NCBI GenBank assembly: GCA_964016885.1
Contig: OZ024742.1
Location: 315,394,001 to 315,458,000, forward strand
DNA length: 64,000 nucleotides
Source: Eledone cirrhosa
Taxonomy: Eukaryota
Reading direction: 5' to 3'
Shown piece by piece: positions 13,450-25,823 of the stretch. Position 1 is the stretch's first letter, and each line of letters opens with the position of its first letter. The position numbers were made by a program, and so were the translations under genes. The notes beneath the pieces are model-generated. The model saw only the letters and a program-made list of their open reading frames with translations, was not told the DNA's origin and did no database searches.

Positions 13450-14000
13450 GAAGTAACAGAGAAAATGAGAGGAGTGGAAAGGGAAGCCTGCTTTGTGAGG
13501 GAAGAATATGAAGAGAAATGGATGTGAGAGAAGGAATAGAAATAGAGAATGAAATAAATGAAGAAAAGAAACGAAAAAGGGATCGTAAAGGGAAGAAATG
13601 AATGAAGGAAGGAGAAAACAGCAAGGAAAGAGTAAAAAGAGTAAAGAAAAGAGCGAAAGAAATTAAATAATAATGACAAGAAAAAGAAAAGAGAAAGAAA
13701 AAGACAAGAGAAAGAAAAAAGAGAAGAGGAGAGAAAAGGAAAGAAAAAAGAGAGAAAGAGAGAAAAAGAGAAGATGAAAGAAAAAATAGAGAAAGAGAGA
13801 AAAAAGAGAAAAAGAAAGAAAAAGAGAGAAAAAGAAAAAAGAGAGAAAGAGAGACAAAAGAAAAAGGGAGATAAAGAAAAAAAAGTGAAAATGAAAGGAA
13901 ACGAGAGAAAAAGAAAGCGAGAAATGAGAAAAACAAGAGAGAAAAGGAAAAAAGGCAAAGAATAAAGAAAAAGACAAATAAAAAAGAAAAAGAACGAGAT
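13450..14000. repeat. Purine-rich (GA/AAAG) low-complexity tract
   Basis: Directly visible. It explains the spurious Phe/Leu/Ser ORFs. Confidence 0.9.
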
Positions 14001-14375
14001 CAGAAAATTTCTCCTTTCCATGACACAATTCTATCTGTGTAGGAAGAGATGAAAAGCAAAAATATGACCCGCTAGGATCTAAACTATCAGCTATTGAGAT
14101 TTCATTTTGTCAACTACACAATGTTCGTGTTGATTACTCACATAGCATTTCTTAAATTGAATCTTGGTCTCAGATGTTCAGATACTTATTGATAAGTGCT
14201 GGTATTAATAGGTCTTCTGATGTTAGAAATCAATATTAATGCTAGAAATCTATAATAGGCCTTCTGTTCAAACATCCTTCCACAATTTGCGCTAAACCCT
14301 TCAGGTTAAATCACTGTGGATGTAATGCTTAGCCACCATTTTCTCACGCAATGAGCTAGTAGTTGAATTTTAACC

Positions 14376-14440
<65 letters not shown>

Positions 14441-14442
<2 letters not shown>

Positions 14443-14636
14443 CAGGGTGTCCCCAAAAAATGTATACACACTCCAACAGCAAAAAAGATGCATTGAAATA
14501 AATTCTGTTTTATATGCATTATCCAAATCATGTAAATATCTTTGGGTGTTTACATACCATTGAATTATGTCTGTAAATCATTTTATTTTCAAAGTGTGGT
14601 CAAAGTGTGTATACATCTTTCGGGAACATCCCTGTA
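14441..14636. mobile_element. Tc1/mariner-type MITE
   Basis: TA-CAGGGTGTCCCC..AATGTATACAC TIR with an imperfect inverted end and TA flanks. Relatives lie at 23672-23770 and 15395-15482. Confidence 0.75.
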
Positions 14637-14949
14637 TGTATATATATATATATATATATGAACCACATTGGCATATGGTTGGACAATACATGTGTCCCTT
14701 AGCGCCTTGTGCGTGTAGGAACATATACTCTATTATTATTCTCCTCTTGGTTGAGAAAAAAATTTGGTCGTTCTAACTGCTGCTAGTTGTAGCGGTGGCC
14801 GACTGACCTTTGTGCCTCCGCTTCTATCTTTACACTCGGCCCTTGAAAAAATTGATTTTACTTCATTTTCTCTCATCTCGGGAACAATTTTGAATAGCGC
14901 CAGTTTGTAATTTGAATTCGGGAATTTTATATTCTTCGAATGAAAAGAT

Positions 14950-15030
14950 CCTTCTGACGAGAGTTTTTCTTTGCAACGGAGGCCGTATGGACTCCTTTAT
15001 TTTTGAGACTCGAAACCGATTCGGTAAAGG
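14950..15030 (+). ncRNA. Type-I hammerhead ribozyme, fully canonical
   Basis: cctt-CTGACGA-gagtttt..gagactc-GAAACCGA-t-TCG-GTA-aagg. All three stems pair and the cleavage triplet is GUA. Confidence 0.85.
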
Positions 15031-15098
15031 TAACTATGGTAAGTAAAGTTAATTTTTTTTTATTTATTTTGAAACTTTTTCTTATTTGCTAAACCTTG

Positions 15099-15180
<82 letters not shown>

Positions 15181-15477
15181 CATATATATATATACATATA
15201 TATATATGTACATGTACAGGCAATATTTAGTAGAATGTACAGCCTTTCTCCAAAATAAAATAATTTACAGACAATTCAATGGTATGTAAACACTCAAAGA
15301 TATTTACATAATTTGAATAAGTGTTTCTACTTTTGGCAGAAGGCCAGCAATTACCCAGTACATTACTGTATAATACATAATTTGAATAATGCAGAATTTA
15401 TATAAAACAGAATTTATTTCAATGCATCTTTTTTGCTGATGGAGTGTGTATACATTTTGGGGAGACACCTTGTATCC

Positions 15478-15555
<78 letters not shown>

Positions 15556-15585
15556 AGAGAGATAGAGGTGGTTATATATATGTGG

Positions 15586-15860
15586 AGGCACGTGACCTAG
15601 TGGTAAGGGTGTTGGACTTACGATCATAATTTCGAGGGTTAGATTCTGGGCTGCGTGTTGTTTTTTTTAGCAAAACACTTCATTTCACGCTGCTCCAGTT
15701 TACTCAGCTGAAAATTAGTACCAGCAATAGCTGGGGAGTTTAACCCTGCGATGGACTGATGTATTGTACAGGGGAAGTATTCTACTTTCAATCGCTTCAC
15801 GCCAAGAAACCGGGATAAGCACCGGCCAAATGAGCCTTCTAGCTTAAGACAGACTTTAGA
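15586..15860 (+). mobile_element. tRNA-derived SINE (family B-related)
   Basis: GGCACGTGACCTAGTGGTAAGGG head and CACTTCATTTCACGCTGCTCCAG body. Relatives lie at 51380-51575 and 60150-60655. Confidence 0.7.
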
Positions 15861-16237
15861 CATTTTTTAGATATATCTTTACATATATATATATATATGT
15901 GTGTGCGTGTGTATGTGTGCACGCATAATATTAAATATTTATATAATTCACAGCATTGTGTTTACTCATATGTATCATTACTATTTTTCACACTTCCATG
16001 AAGTATATCTTAATATTAACTGAATCCCACACGCACACATTTTCACTGTAATGTCTCAGAAGCAGTTTAATGCACATACCGCTGAGAGATCATATATTAT
16101 GGGTGTTGCAATTATAGTGAATAGAAAGGATTTTCGTGTTTGTACTGGAAATGTTTTTTCTATTACCCTGGTTATGGAATCAAGGAGAATTTTTCGTGCA
16201 AATGTAGCTTGCCATAAGGTTATTTCTATTCAAAATC

Positions 16238-16398
<161 letters not shown>

Positions 16399-16721
16399 TT
16401 TATAGCATCAGCAAAAAAATGGAGACAGAAAAACGATTATATAAGACGAACGAACAGCTGCAATTTTACTATATAAATAGTATGTGTGTGTATGTGTGTG
16501 TGTGTGTGGTATCTAAAGACATTATATATATATATATATATGGTCTGCGGGGAACTGCTGATTTATAAGGCTTAGGAAATATATGGAAACATTCGAAAGA
16601 ACATTTAAGCTATAGGGACAATATAGCCTGTAACATTTCGTTTCTCTTTTTTTTTTCGTTTATAAATATTGTATGTTATGAATTCTGCCTGTGAGGCTAC
16701 TGAATGTTAATTCACCGTTGT

Positions 16722-16866
16722 AATAATTGTTTCTACTTTTGGCACAAGGCCAGCAATTAACCCAGTGCATTACTGCTACTTTATTTTATCGACCCCGTAA
16801 GGCTGAAAGGCAAAGTTAACCTCGGCAGGATTTGAACTCAGACCATAAATGGCCAATCCACCACCC
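16722..16866 (-). mobile_element. SINE family A (internally deleted)
   Basis: Reverse complement of the 4532 family. Confidence 0.75.
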
Positions 16867-16929
16867 TTTGTAATAATGAGCAATAGGACTGCATAGATTC
16901 CTTGTCAAAGAATAGGCTGGTTATGAGTG

Positions 16930-17133
16930 TACTAATTGGTAATAGCACTAACAATGTGGTTCACAATGTCTTCGTATACACCTCTGTTGTGAATCAACAT
17001 GTTGAGACCTTCTGCTAATTAATTCCAGGCAAGTCGAGGACGTACTAATTGGTAGTAGCACTAACAGTGTGATTTCACACATCGTATACACCTCTATTGT
17101 GAATCAACATGTTAGGACCGTCTGCTAATTAAT
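16930..17133. repeat. Two-copy direct repeat, period about 112 bp
   Basis: GTACTAATTGGTA.TAGCACTAACA...CTGCTAATTAAT occurs at 16930 and 17042. Confidence 0.8.
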
Positions 17134-17889
17134 CATAAAGGACGTACTATATGCAAATGAACTTCTCCAGCAGATGATTTATACAGAAAATATATACAGG
17201 CTATACCTTACTTTAATCTCAGTCCCATGTGAGTAGATGTTCTCACACAGTCACTGAGATAACTGAGATATGATCACAGCTTAAATCTCTCATAGCGAGA
17301 TATATATTTATATACATAAATATATCGTATATGCACTTACTAATGTAATTAACAAAGATTTTAAGTGTTATTTGGTAATTGCTGGAATACATACTAGTGA
17401 AGCAAATTTCTCATTTACCATCAAATGAATTTGAGTTATATTTCAGAAATTTGTTATGTTTAGATTCGTATCTAACGTTTTGAATAGTTAACGAAATACT
17501 TTCTAACATCAACATTTGTATGGTTATGCATACTTGATATCACCATTCACACTTTAACCTTCCACATAGAGGTGTCATCAACATAAAATCTAGGCAACTC
17601 ACACCAGGTATTCACTTTTTGCATAAACAGACACGTTTGCGAATAGATGTAACAGCTTAATCCCCTTTCATAAAACATACAACTGCTACATATATTATGT
17701 CAGCAACAGTCTTGCATTACACCCTCTATACACATGAATAACACTCACTCACCAACACGATATAAACACTGGCTCACGAGATAAAGAAGCTTCTACATCA
17801 TTTGACCTGCTAGAAATAGCAATGAAATCTTTCTCATACTACACCTTACTATCTTTAAAAAAACACGATAGTGTATTACTAATGTTTAA

Positions 17890-18311
17890 ATAATTGTTTC
17901 TAATTTAGGCACTAGGCCAACAATTTTGGGGGAATGGAAAATCGACTAAATCGATCCCAGTGCATTACTGATACTTTATTTTATCGACCCCGTAAGGATG
18001 AAAGGCAAAGCTAACCTCGGCGAGATTTGAACTCAGAATGTAAACGGCTGTAACTATGCCATAAAGCATATTGTCCTACTCACTGTCGATTCTACCAATC
18101 CACTGCCCAATTGTGTTTAAATAACTGTTTCTATTTGGGGCACAAGGCCAGCAATTATCCGAGTGTATTACTGGTACTTTATTTTATCGACCCCCGTAAA
18201 GATGAAAGGCAAAGTTAACCTCGGCGGGATTGGGACTCAGAACGTAAACGGCCGTAACACTTTGCTGCAAAGCATGGCGTCAGACCCTCTACCGATACTG
18301 CCAATCCACCA
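17890..18311 (-). mobile_element. Two tandem family A SINEs (17890-18108, 18121-18311)
   Basis: Reverse-complement matches that include the A and B boxes. Confidence 0.82.
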
Positions 18312-18314
18312 ATA

Positions 18315-18352
18315 AAAAAAAAAATATGGAACCCTTCACGAATTTGCGTGTC
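18315..18352 (-). pseudogene. U6 snRNA 3'-terminal fragment
   Basis: The minus strand reads GACACGCAAATTCGTGAAGGGTTCCATATTTTT, against the conserved U6 3' end GACACGCAAATTCGTGAAGCGTTCCATATTTTT (one mismatch). Confidence 0.85.
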
Positions 18353-18571
18353 GGTGTTATGGTCATTGATTGGTGAAATGATTGATCATAGATTTGCGTA
18401 ACCATAGCTAACAGTAATAACCCTTGACTCACTGATGTAATGACAGACAGAGAGAGACAGATTTGGCATGGCTATATGGCATCTTGAGCAAGTGTCTCCT
18501 ACAATAGCCTCGGGTTGATATACAGAAACTGCAGAATCCTGCAGTGCCTATCGCGTGTGAGTATGAGTGTG

Positions 18572-18625
<54 letters not shown>

Positions 18626-18789
18626 AGGGTGAGTGAGTGTAAGAAGGAGTGAGGGAGTGAGTGAGTGAAAGAGGTTGAGTGAGTGAAAGAGAGTAAGTGG
18701 GTGAGTTTGAGTGAGTGTGAGTGAATGAAAGAGAGTGAGTGAATGATTGTGAGTGAGTGTGAGTGTCCAAAGCATTTTATTATTGAACA

Positions 18790-19200
18790 AGATTGTGAAT
18801 CTTGGGTAATGACCGAAAGAATACGATCGCTAATACAAGCGGCCGAAATTGGGTTCCTCTAAGGGCTCTTTGGTGTAACGTCACTCTATAGAGTGCGTAG
18901 CTCGGAGATAAGAGATTCACTCCAGGTAGAGCCGCTACTTCTCCGAATTGAGAGATCGCAACTCCGATCCTATGGGCATGTAGTTGGGATGTCTCAGGAA
19001 AGAATCGCTGGACAGATTTTACGGGTAAAACCAGCCGGCAAAAGACCCAGGCAAAACAGTTTAATAACATTTATGAGCTTGGCTGGTCTCGATTGGAAAT
19101 CCATCCGGTTCAGTTTGAGAGGGTTGCTTCTGACAGGACCCGTTGGAAGGAGTGTTTAAGGACTCTGCCCCGCGACCCTCTCAGGAATAAGTGGGCGAAA
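18790..19200 (+). mobile_element. RTE-clade LINE 3' fragment (decayed)
   Basis: WVMTERIRSLIQAAEIGFL*..RVRSSEIRDSLQVEPLLLRIERSQLRSYGHVVGM, typical of the post-RT region of RTE elements. Confidence 0.8.
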
Positions 19201-19572
19201 AAGGGGAAAGAGTAGGAGAGAGAGGGGGGAGAAAGAGAGAAAGAGAGATTGTGTGAAACTTTAAAACAATATTTAAATCTTAAATTTATTAAAGTTTTCA
19301 TTTATTTTTATACACATATTTTAATTTAAAAAAACATTTAATGTTACGTTTTCACTGTATCAAGAACTATCTTAAATATGTATGTTAGTGTGGGGGCTTT
19401 GTTTCACAAACTAGAAAAGAATTGAGTGTATATACGTTGTAGAGTATATTATTTACAGCTCGTATTCGCTCTGTCAAAGTTCTCGCTCATTACATTCATT
19501 CAAGTGAAGTAAATATAAGGAAAAACAAGAGAAAATAGAGTGTGGAGTCTAAATTCCTCTCGTTAAACTTTC

Positions 19573-19803
<231 letters not shown>

Positions 19804-19805
19804 AA

Positions 19806-21079
19806 GATTTGAATGGATACAGTTTAGTTGAAAGGAATTTATTGACACGTGTTTCTATAACAGTTACATAACCTGAAAACAGCTGCTATCTACAAAGTTT
19901 TAGTTATGCAGACATTCAATATTTCAATGTTATTATTTACTGTCATTTCATCAGAATAATATTACTGAGGACCTATTTGGTTTTTATAGAGAATATTAGG
20001 AGGGAGGGGTGAAGTTGTTAGAAGAATAGTTGAGGGAGTGGTTTTTTGATAGCAGTGAGAATTTTTGGTGGCAGTGAGTAATTAGATTCCCATCTGTTGT
20101 TTTGACATTTTTATAGAATATATTATTGGTTATTTTTCTAAATCTATAGAAGGATTAGAGATAGTAAAGATATGCGTGGTTGGTTTTGTGTTTGCAATTA
20201 ATTAACATTCAGACTTAAATTTTTCTTTCAAGTGTACGTATCCTTTCACCCACGCATTCACACACAAATATATTTGCACACTTCTACAAAATACATATAC
20301 TCACATTCACATAGTAACATGTTCATACTTACATACATATATACATGCATACATATATATATACACACATGTATTCATGTACATACATACGCGTTCATGT
20401 GTATACATTTTCATACTCAACTTATCTTTATATACACACGTATAGACACACACATATATACATACATACTCTAGTCTATATACATACACATCTATATATA
20501 TATATATATATATAAGCACTTTAATACATGAATACACTTACATCTAACTATACACATCAAACATATATATATATTTACTTATTTATATACATTTTCACAT
20601 ATATATATATACTTATGGACGTTTTTAGACACATTCATTATCGCATATTTGCACCTATTCTCATCAGCATATCTTTCCATTATTAGTGTGGTAATTTAAG
20701 GTTATTAATATATTTTGAGAAGAGATTGTTTTTATATTTTTCTAACTAGATTGAGGTTTATATAGTTGGGGGGATGACCCTCTTTTATGTAATATTCGGC
20801 TTGTAGTGGGAAAAAAGGGATTTAGTTCTGTGACGGCAGAATAATGTTCGTTCAATTCTGTTATTCAGCAATTTCTTCTTGTGTGTGATTATGTAATAAA
20901 TCTCTAGATTACACAATTTGCAGAAATTTTGGCTCCTAATACAACTGGCTTTTCCACATAATACATATTGTTAGCACCCCAAACATTTAAATTGGGTTTA
21001 TATTAAAATATAACCTAATGTTTGTTGAGTGAGATGGTTACCAGTCAGAGATTAGCTTTAAACTATCTCTGTTATTGTA

Positions 21080-21113
<34 letters not shown>

Positions 21114-21351
21114 TACAATAACAGAGATAGTTTAAAGCTAATCTCTGACTGGTTAGCTTTAAACTATCTCTGTTATTGTATTAATATATATATATATATA
21201 TATATTAATACAATAACAGAGATAGTTTAAAGCTAATCTCTGACTGGTAACCATCTCACTCAACAAACATTAGGTTATATTTTAATATAAACCCAATTTA
21301 AATGTTTGGGGTGCTAACAATATGTATTATGTGGAAAAGCCAGTTGTATTA
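19806..21351 (-). mobile_element. 5'-truncated PLE (EN C-terminus + 3' UTR with HHR) with nested inverted duplications at its 5' junction
   Basis: The minus strand at about 20950-20790 encodes ASCIRSQNFCKLCNLEIYYII..LLNNRIERTLFCRH. 20938-21085 is inverted at 21204-21351, with extra partial copies around two (TA)n centres. Confidence 0.75.
19839..19959 (-). ncRNA. Type-I hammerhead ribozyme with a greatly extended stem II
   Basis: ttatt-CTGATGA-aATGACAGT...ACTGTTATa-GAAAC-acgt-GTC-aataa. Stem III (ACACGTGT) is palindromic. Confidence 0.7.
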
Positions 21352-21397
21352 TTTTATGAGATATAATTAAAGTTAAAATATATCTCTCTATATATTT

Positions 21398-22251
21398 ATA
21401 AATGAAAAGTATAGAAATTATTGTAGCAAGAAGCCAACAGTATTCCATAATATATATATAAGTGACTATAGCGTCAAAATGAGAAAATAGTTAACGTAAG
21501 ATGTGGGGAAAATAATTCCAACTCAATTCAAAAAGAATCAGGATATAGATTCATCCAACAGAATTTAGTGAAATCCAGGGAAAAATCAATAGAGCCTTAA
21601 CTCATGATAAAATAAAGTTTAAAATACTCATCCTTCAATTTGGAAAAACTACAAATGCTCTGTATAGTCTTGAAAAGACTATTTCACGAAAACTTTCGGT
21701 GGAGATGGTCACGGTTGGAATTCGATCCTCAGCAGAGCTCAACACGATAGCCAAAATCTCACTGATTATAATATGCCAAAAAGGGAATTTAAAAGCAGGC
21801 TAGTTCAACATCATGCGTGATTATGAAAATAAAACGCACATGCGGAAACAAGGCTGGCGACGTCAGAATGAGACGAATGTTTTTTTACATGAAACAACAG
21901 TCAAAAACATTCCGAAAAAAACTCTACAATAAGGAGTTCAGCAAAAAGCAATATTATCGCGGTTATTTTTTAAAAAAAGACCGGGATTAGTCACAAATAA
22001 CTTAAGCACTCTAGGAAAGAAATCCGAGTATAAATATAAATGAAAAGTATAGAAATTATTGTAGCAAGAAGCCAACAGTATTCCATAATATATAAGTGAC
22101 TATAGCGTCAAAATGGGAAAATAGTTAACGTAAGATGTGGGGAAAATAATTCAAACTCAATTCAAAAAGAATCAGGATATAGATTCATCCAACAGAATTT
22201 AGTGAAATCCAGGGAAAAATCAATAGAGCCTTAACTCATGATAAAATAAAG

Positions 22252-22253
<2 letters not shown>
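21398..22253 (-). mobile_element. ORF-less element with ~220 bp direct repeats (21398-21619, 22036-22253) and an HHR between them
   Basis: The direct repeats are near-identical with a period of about 634-638 bp. The element abuts (TA)n. Confidence 0.75.
21657..21738 (-). ncRNA. Type-I hammerhead ribozyme with a stable stem III
   Basis: gctctg-CTGAGGA-tCGAA...TTCGt-GAAATAGTCTT-ttc-AAGACT-ATA-cagagc. Stem I is 6 bp and stem III is 8 bp. Confidence 0.75.
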
Positions 22254-22331
<78 letters not shown>

Positions 22332-23401
22332 CCGCTGCTTTTCACCTGGAACACGCATGAATGAAGTATTAAATATATGTGCGTGTGGGTGTGTGTGTGT
22401 GTGTGTGTATACCAATTAGATATATATTTTATACGGTCCGTATCAAAGGCTTAAATGGCTTATATGCCATAATTCGATTAATGTATTCACAAAATATGAA
22501 ACATTTTATGTTGGGTAACAAGTATAAATTATAATAGCGAACGTCTACAATTGTTTTCATATGTGTGTGTATTCTTTAGCGAAATTACTTAAACTACCTA
22601 TATCAGCGTATGTTACATTGCAGAAGTTTTATGACTCATATGATGGATCCATTACCAGCTTGGTATGCGGACAAAATGTGTATGCTTTATTTGTGTGAAA
22701 TTTGGCGATGTTCCTGCATAGTAATGGTGAGCACGCTTGCCTGATTATCAGGATATCCGTTCGATTTTTTTTTTACAAAAAGTATTATAGAGAGGTGAGT
22801 GTGTGTGTGTTCCAATGCGTGTGTGTTCCAATGCGTACCTCTTTGTTATACATCGATATATTTTTATGTAGTCTGTGTAAGTGTTTACCTACAAACCCAT
22901 CATATTGTGTATTTACTTACGTATAGACCATTATATCTAAAACACTACTTATTTGCTGCTAAACTATCAATATCCCAATCTATCCGCTCACCTAACTGTC
23001 CAATGCACGTAGTCTCTACATGATCGGTCGACATACTATCGGAAAAAGTGAAGGACACGTCTGATAATGCAGTCCAACAATTGCGAGAGAAACGTGATGG
23101 TCATCACTATAACTAATTATAGGAATGCCTCGTTTTTTTACCTCTCCATTTATCTCTCCCTTTTTTAACCAATATCTTATTCCCAACAGAGATTAACACT
23201 TCACTCATTTGTCTGTTTTCTATTACAGTCAGCCGGCGTCTAGCGCAGTTTTAAATGGTGGTGTTTTGAACATTCGTAGTTAGGAAATGTTTTTTTTATA
23301 ACTCAACAAAGCTGTAAAACTCAGCCTCCTGTACAAAAAGGCATCACCTAATGGAAAGGAGAAAATTAGCCCCTTCCACTAATGTTCTTTTCCTTTTCAC
23401 T

Positions 23402-23473
23402 AATGTTCATAAACGATTTTGTATAAGGGTCTTTAACATAGGCACATTCCATAACAATTAATCGCCTTAGATA

Positions 23474-23551
<78 letters not shown>

Positions 23552-23630
23552 TATTCATATCTAAGGCGATTAATTGTTATGGAAAGTGCCTATGTTAAAG
23601 ACCCTTATACAAAATTGTTTATGAACATTG
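23402..23630. repeat. Palindrome with a (TA)n centre, probably the 5' junction of a truncated PLE
   Basis: The ~77 bp arms are reverse complements. The minus strand translates as SYLRRLIVMECAYVK.., weakly resembling an EN C-terminus. Confidence 0.8.
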
Positions 23631-23671
23631 ATGTTTTGGATGAGAAACATATATATATATATGTATATCTA

Positions 23672-23770
23672 TACAGGGTGTCCCCAAAATGTATACACAA
23701 TCTGATTACCTGTACAAGCAACATTTATTAGAATGTTGAAATGTGTATACATTTTTGGGGACACCCTGTA
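23672..23770. mobile_element. Tc1-type MITE
   Basis: TA-CAGGGTGTCCCCAAAATGTATACACA...TGTGTATACATTTTTGGGGACACCCTG-TA. Confidence 0.85.
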
Positions 23771-24083
23771 TATAAGTATTATGTATGTATGTTGCCACAA
23801 CACCTTTCTAAGAGAGGGAAACTGAAAAAAAACCTGCGGCTTCGGAAGCATCCGATGATGTTGACCAGTTCTCCTTTTCGAGTAGTGCTTTCGATGCTCA
23901 GAGAGTGGGATTGGTCGTGTGCAAGGCCTCTCCCCACTTAGAAAACCTTCAAAGCACAGGCATTGCTTGTTCAAGATATGTTACAGGTTCGTGTGGCTTG
24001 GCGTAGCCTAAAAGTGCACCAAATTCTATTATCTGACAAGCGATGGCAGTACTCTTAGCTGAGTTTGCAGCCATCATATATAT

Positions 24084-24135
<52 letters not shown>

Positions 24136-24136
24136 A

Positions 24137-24330
24137 CTCGAGGGTAGGCTGAAAACTTCATAAGCTGAATATGAAGGAGTAATGCTAGAGCTGTGAAAGT
24201 TTCTAGGCATTAATTTCAACTCTTCTTATTAATTGTTTGTTTCTAGGAACAATGATGAAAAATGAACCTCATTTCGTCATTTCACGAGAGTGTCTTGGTC
24301 AGCCTGTGAATATTTCAGCTGACCCTCATA
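24137..24330 (+). mobile_element. Mariner internal-deletion derivative (MITE)
   Basis: Both ends match the termini of the 57222-58452 mariner. Confidence 0.8.
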
Positions 24331-24526
24331 GCTTATTGATTATATCTATAAATCTCTAACAACATTTCTTGGTTGCGCAAAGCAAGTGATGTCTTATTTA
24401 CACAATTCCAGACAACATAACCATATTGCGTCAATTTATTCAGTAAAAGTTATTACAGGTAAAAACTAACTTACACGTATACAAACATATACAGGCATAT
24501 ATACAAACACATAGACGTCCATATAG

Positions 24527-24560
<34 letters not shown>

Positions 24561-25212
24561 ACTCTCACACACACACACACATACATACATGCGTACACAC
24601 GAAAAGATCCATATATGCATGGACATACAAATATACGCAATCAGTTATTGAATGTGTGTGGACACGCACACACAAATATGAGCAAGTAATGCACACACAT
24701 ATATATATAGCTTATATACACATACGCACACATATATACAAACACATACATATATATATATACACACACATATATACACACATACATATATACACATGCA
24801 CACACATATACACACTTTCTGTAATCCGAACGATTAATATCTTTATGAATCAAAGGATGTCTAATTAAGGGTGATTAATTGGTTGGTTTTTATTCTGTTT
24901 TCTATTAGTTATCTGCTTTCATCTCTGAACTAGTTCCTCCACGACCACCACCGCATTCATTTTATAATTTGTTGTAATGTCGTCCTTGTATAATAAAAGA
25001 TATCGTGATATTGCTATTATCACCATTCTTATTATTATCATTGATATTTGCAGTAGTCATCATGGGACTTTGTGTCTCCTTAAGCTTCACATATTTTTTT
25101 CTGGGGGAAGGAGAGTGTTTGTTTTTGTTTTTTGCCTTGACAGGGAATTTTTTGTTTTTTTTCATTGGCCGGTTTGGTTGAGAAACTGTCATACAATATT
25201 CAGGTGCAGTCT

Positions 25213-25755
25213 TTCCACAATCCGTCGCTTTGAACCAGCTTTAGTTGTGGGTCAAACGCGAACTGAGCAGTCGTTCCGCAATCCATCTCTTTTGAACCAG
25301 CTTCAGTCGTGAGTCATGCGCAAACTGAGCACTCATTCCACAATCCATCTCTTTTGAACCAGCTTCAGTCGTGAGTCATGCGCGAACTGAGCACTCATTC
25401 CACAATCCATCTCTTTTGAACCAGCTTTAGTCGTGAGTCAAGCGCAAACTGAGCACTCATTCCACAATCCATCTCTTTTGAACCAGCATTAGTCGTGAGT
25501 CAAGCGCAAACTGAGCAGTCATTCCACAATCCATCTCTTTTGAACCAGCGTCAGTCGTGAGTCAAGCGCAAACTGAGCGCTCATTCCACAATCCATCTCT
25601 TTTGAACCAGCTTTAGTCGTGAGTCAAGCGCAAACTGAGCACTCATTCCACAATCCATCTCTTTTGAACCAGCATTAGTCGTGAGTCAAGCGCAAACTGA
25701 GCAGTCATTCCACAATCCATCTCTTTTGAACCAGCGTCAGTCGTGAGTCAAACGT
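25213..25755. repeat. 62 bp minisatellite, about 9 copies
   Basis: Unit TTCCACAATCCATCTCTTTTGAACCAGCTTTAGTCGTGAGTCAAGCGCAAACTGAGCACTCA. Confidence 0.95.
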
Positions 25756-25823
25756 GAAAGTTATTTCGTTTTATAATTTCAGATTACTCCTCTAAAATCA
25801 TTCTCGAATTTGCCTATGATCAT

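Noticed and set aside
13358-14028. Long hydrophobic 'membrane protein' ORFs
   Set aside because: They are the reverse strand of a GA-rich low-complexity tract.
19915-19959. Alternative compact HHR fold using the nearby GAAAT
   Set aside because: Stem I does not pair. The distal GAAAC-acgt-GTC-aataa gives complete stems I and III.
25213-25755. CRISPR-like regular repeat
   Set aside because: The units are contiguous with no unique spacers, there are no cas genes and the context is eukaryotic.
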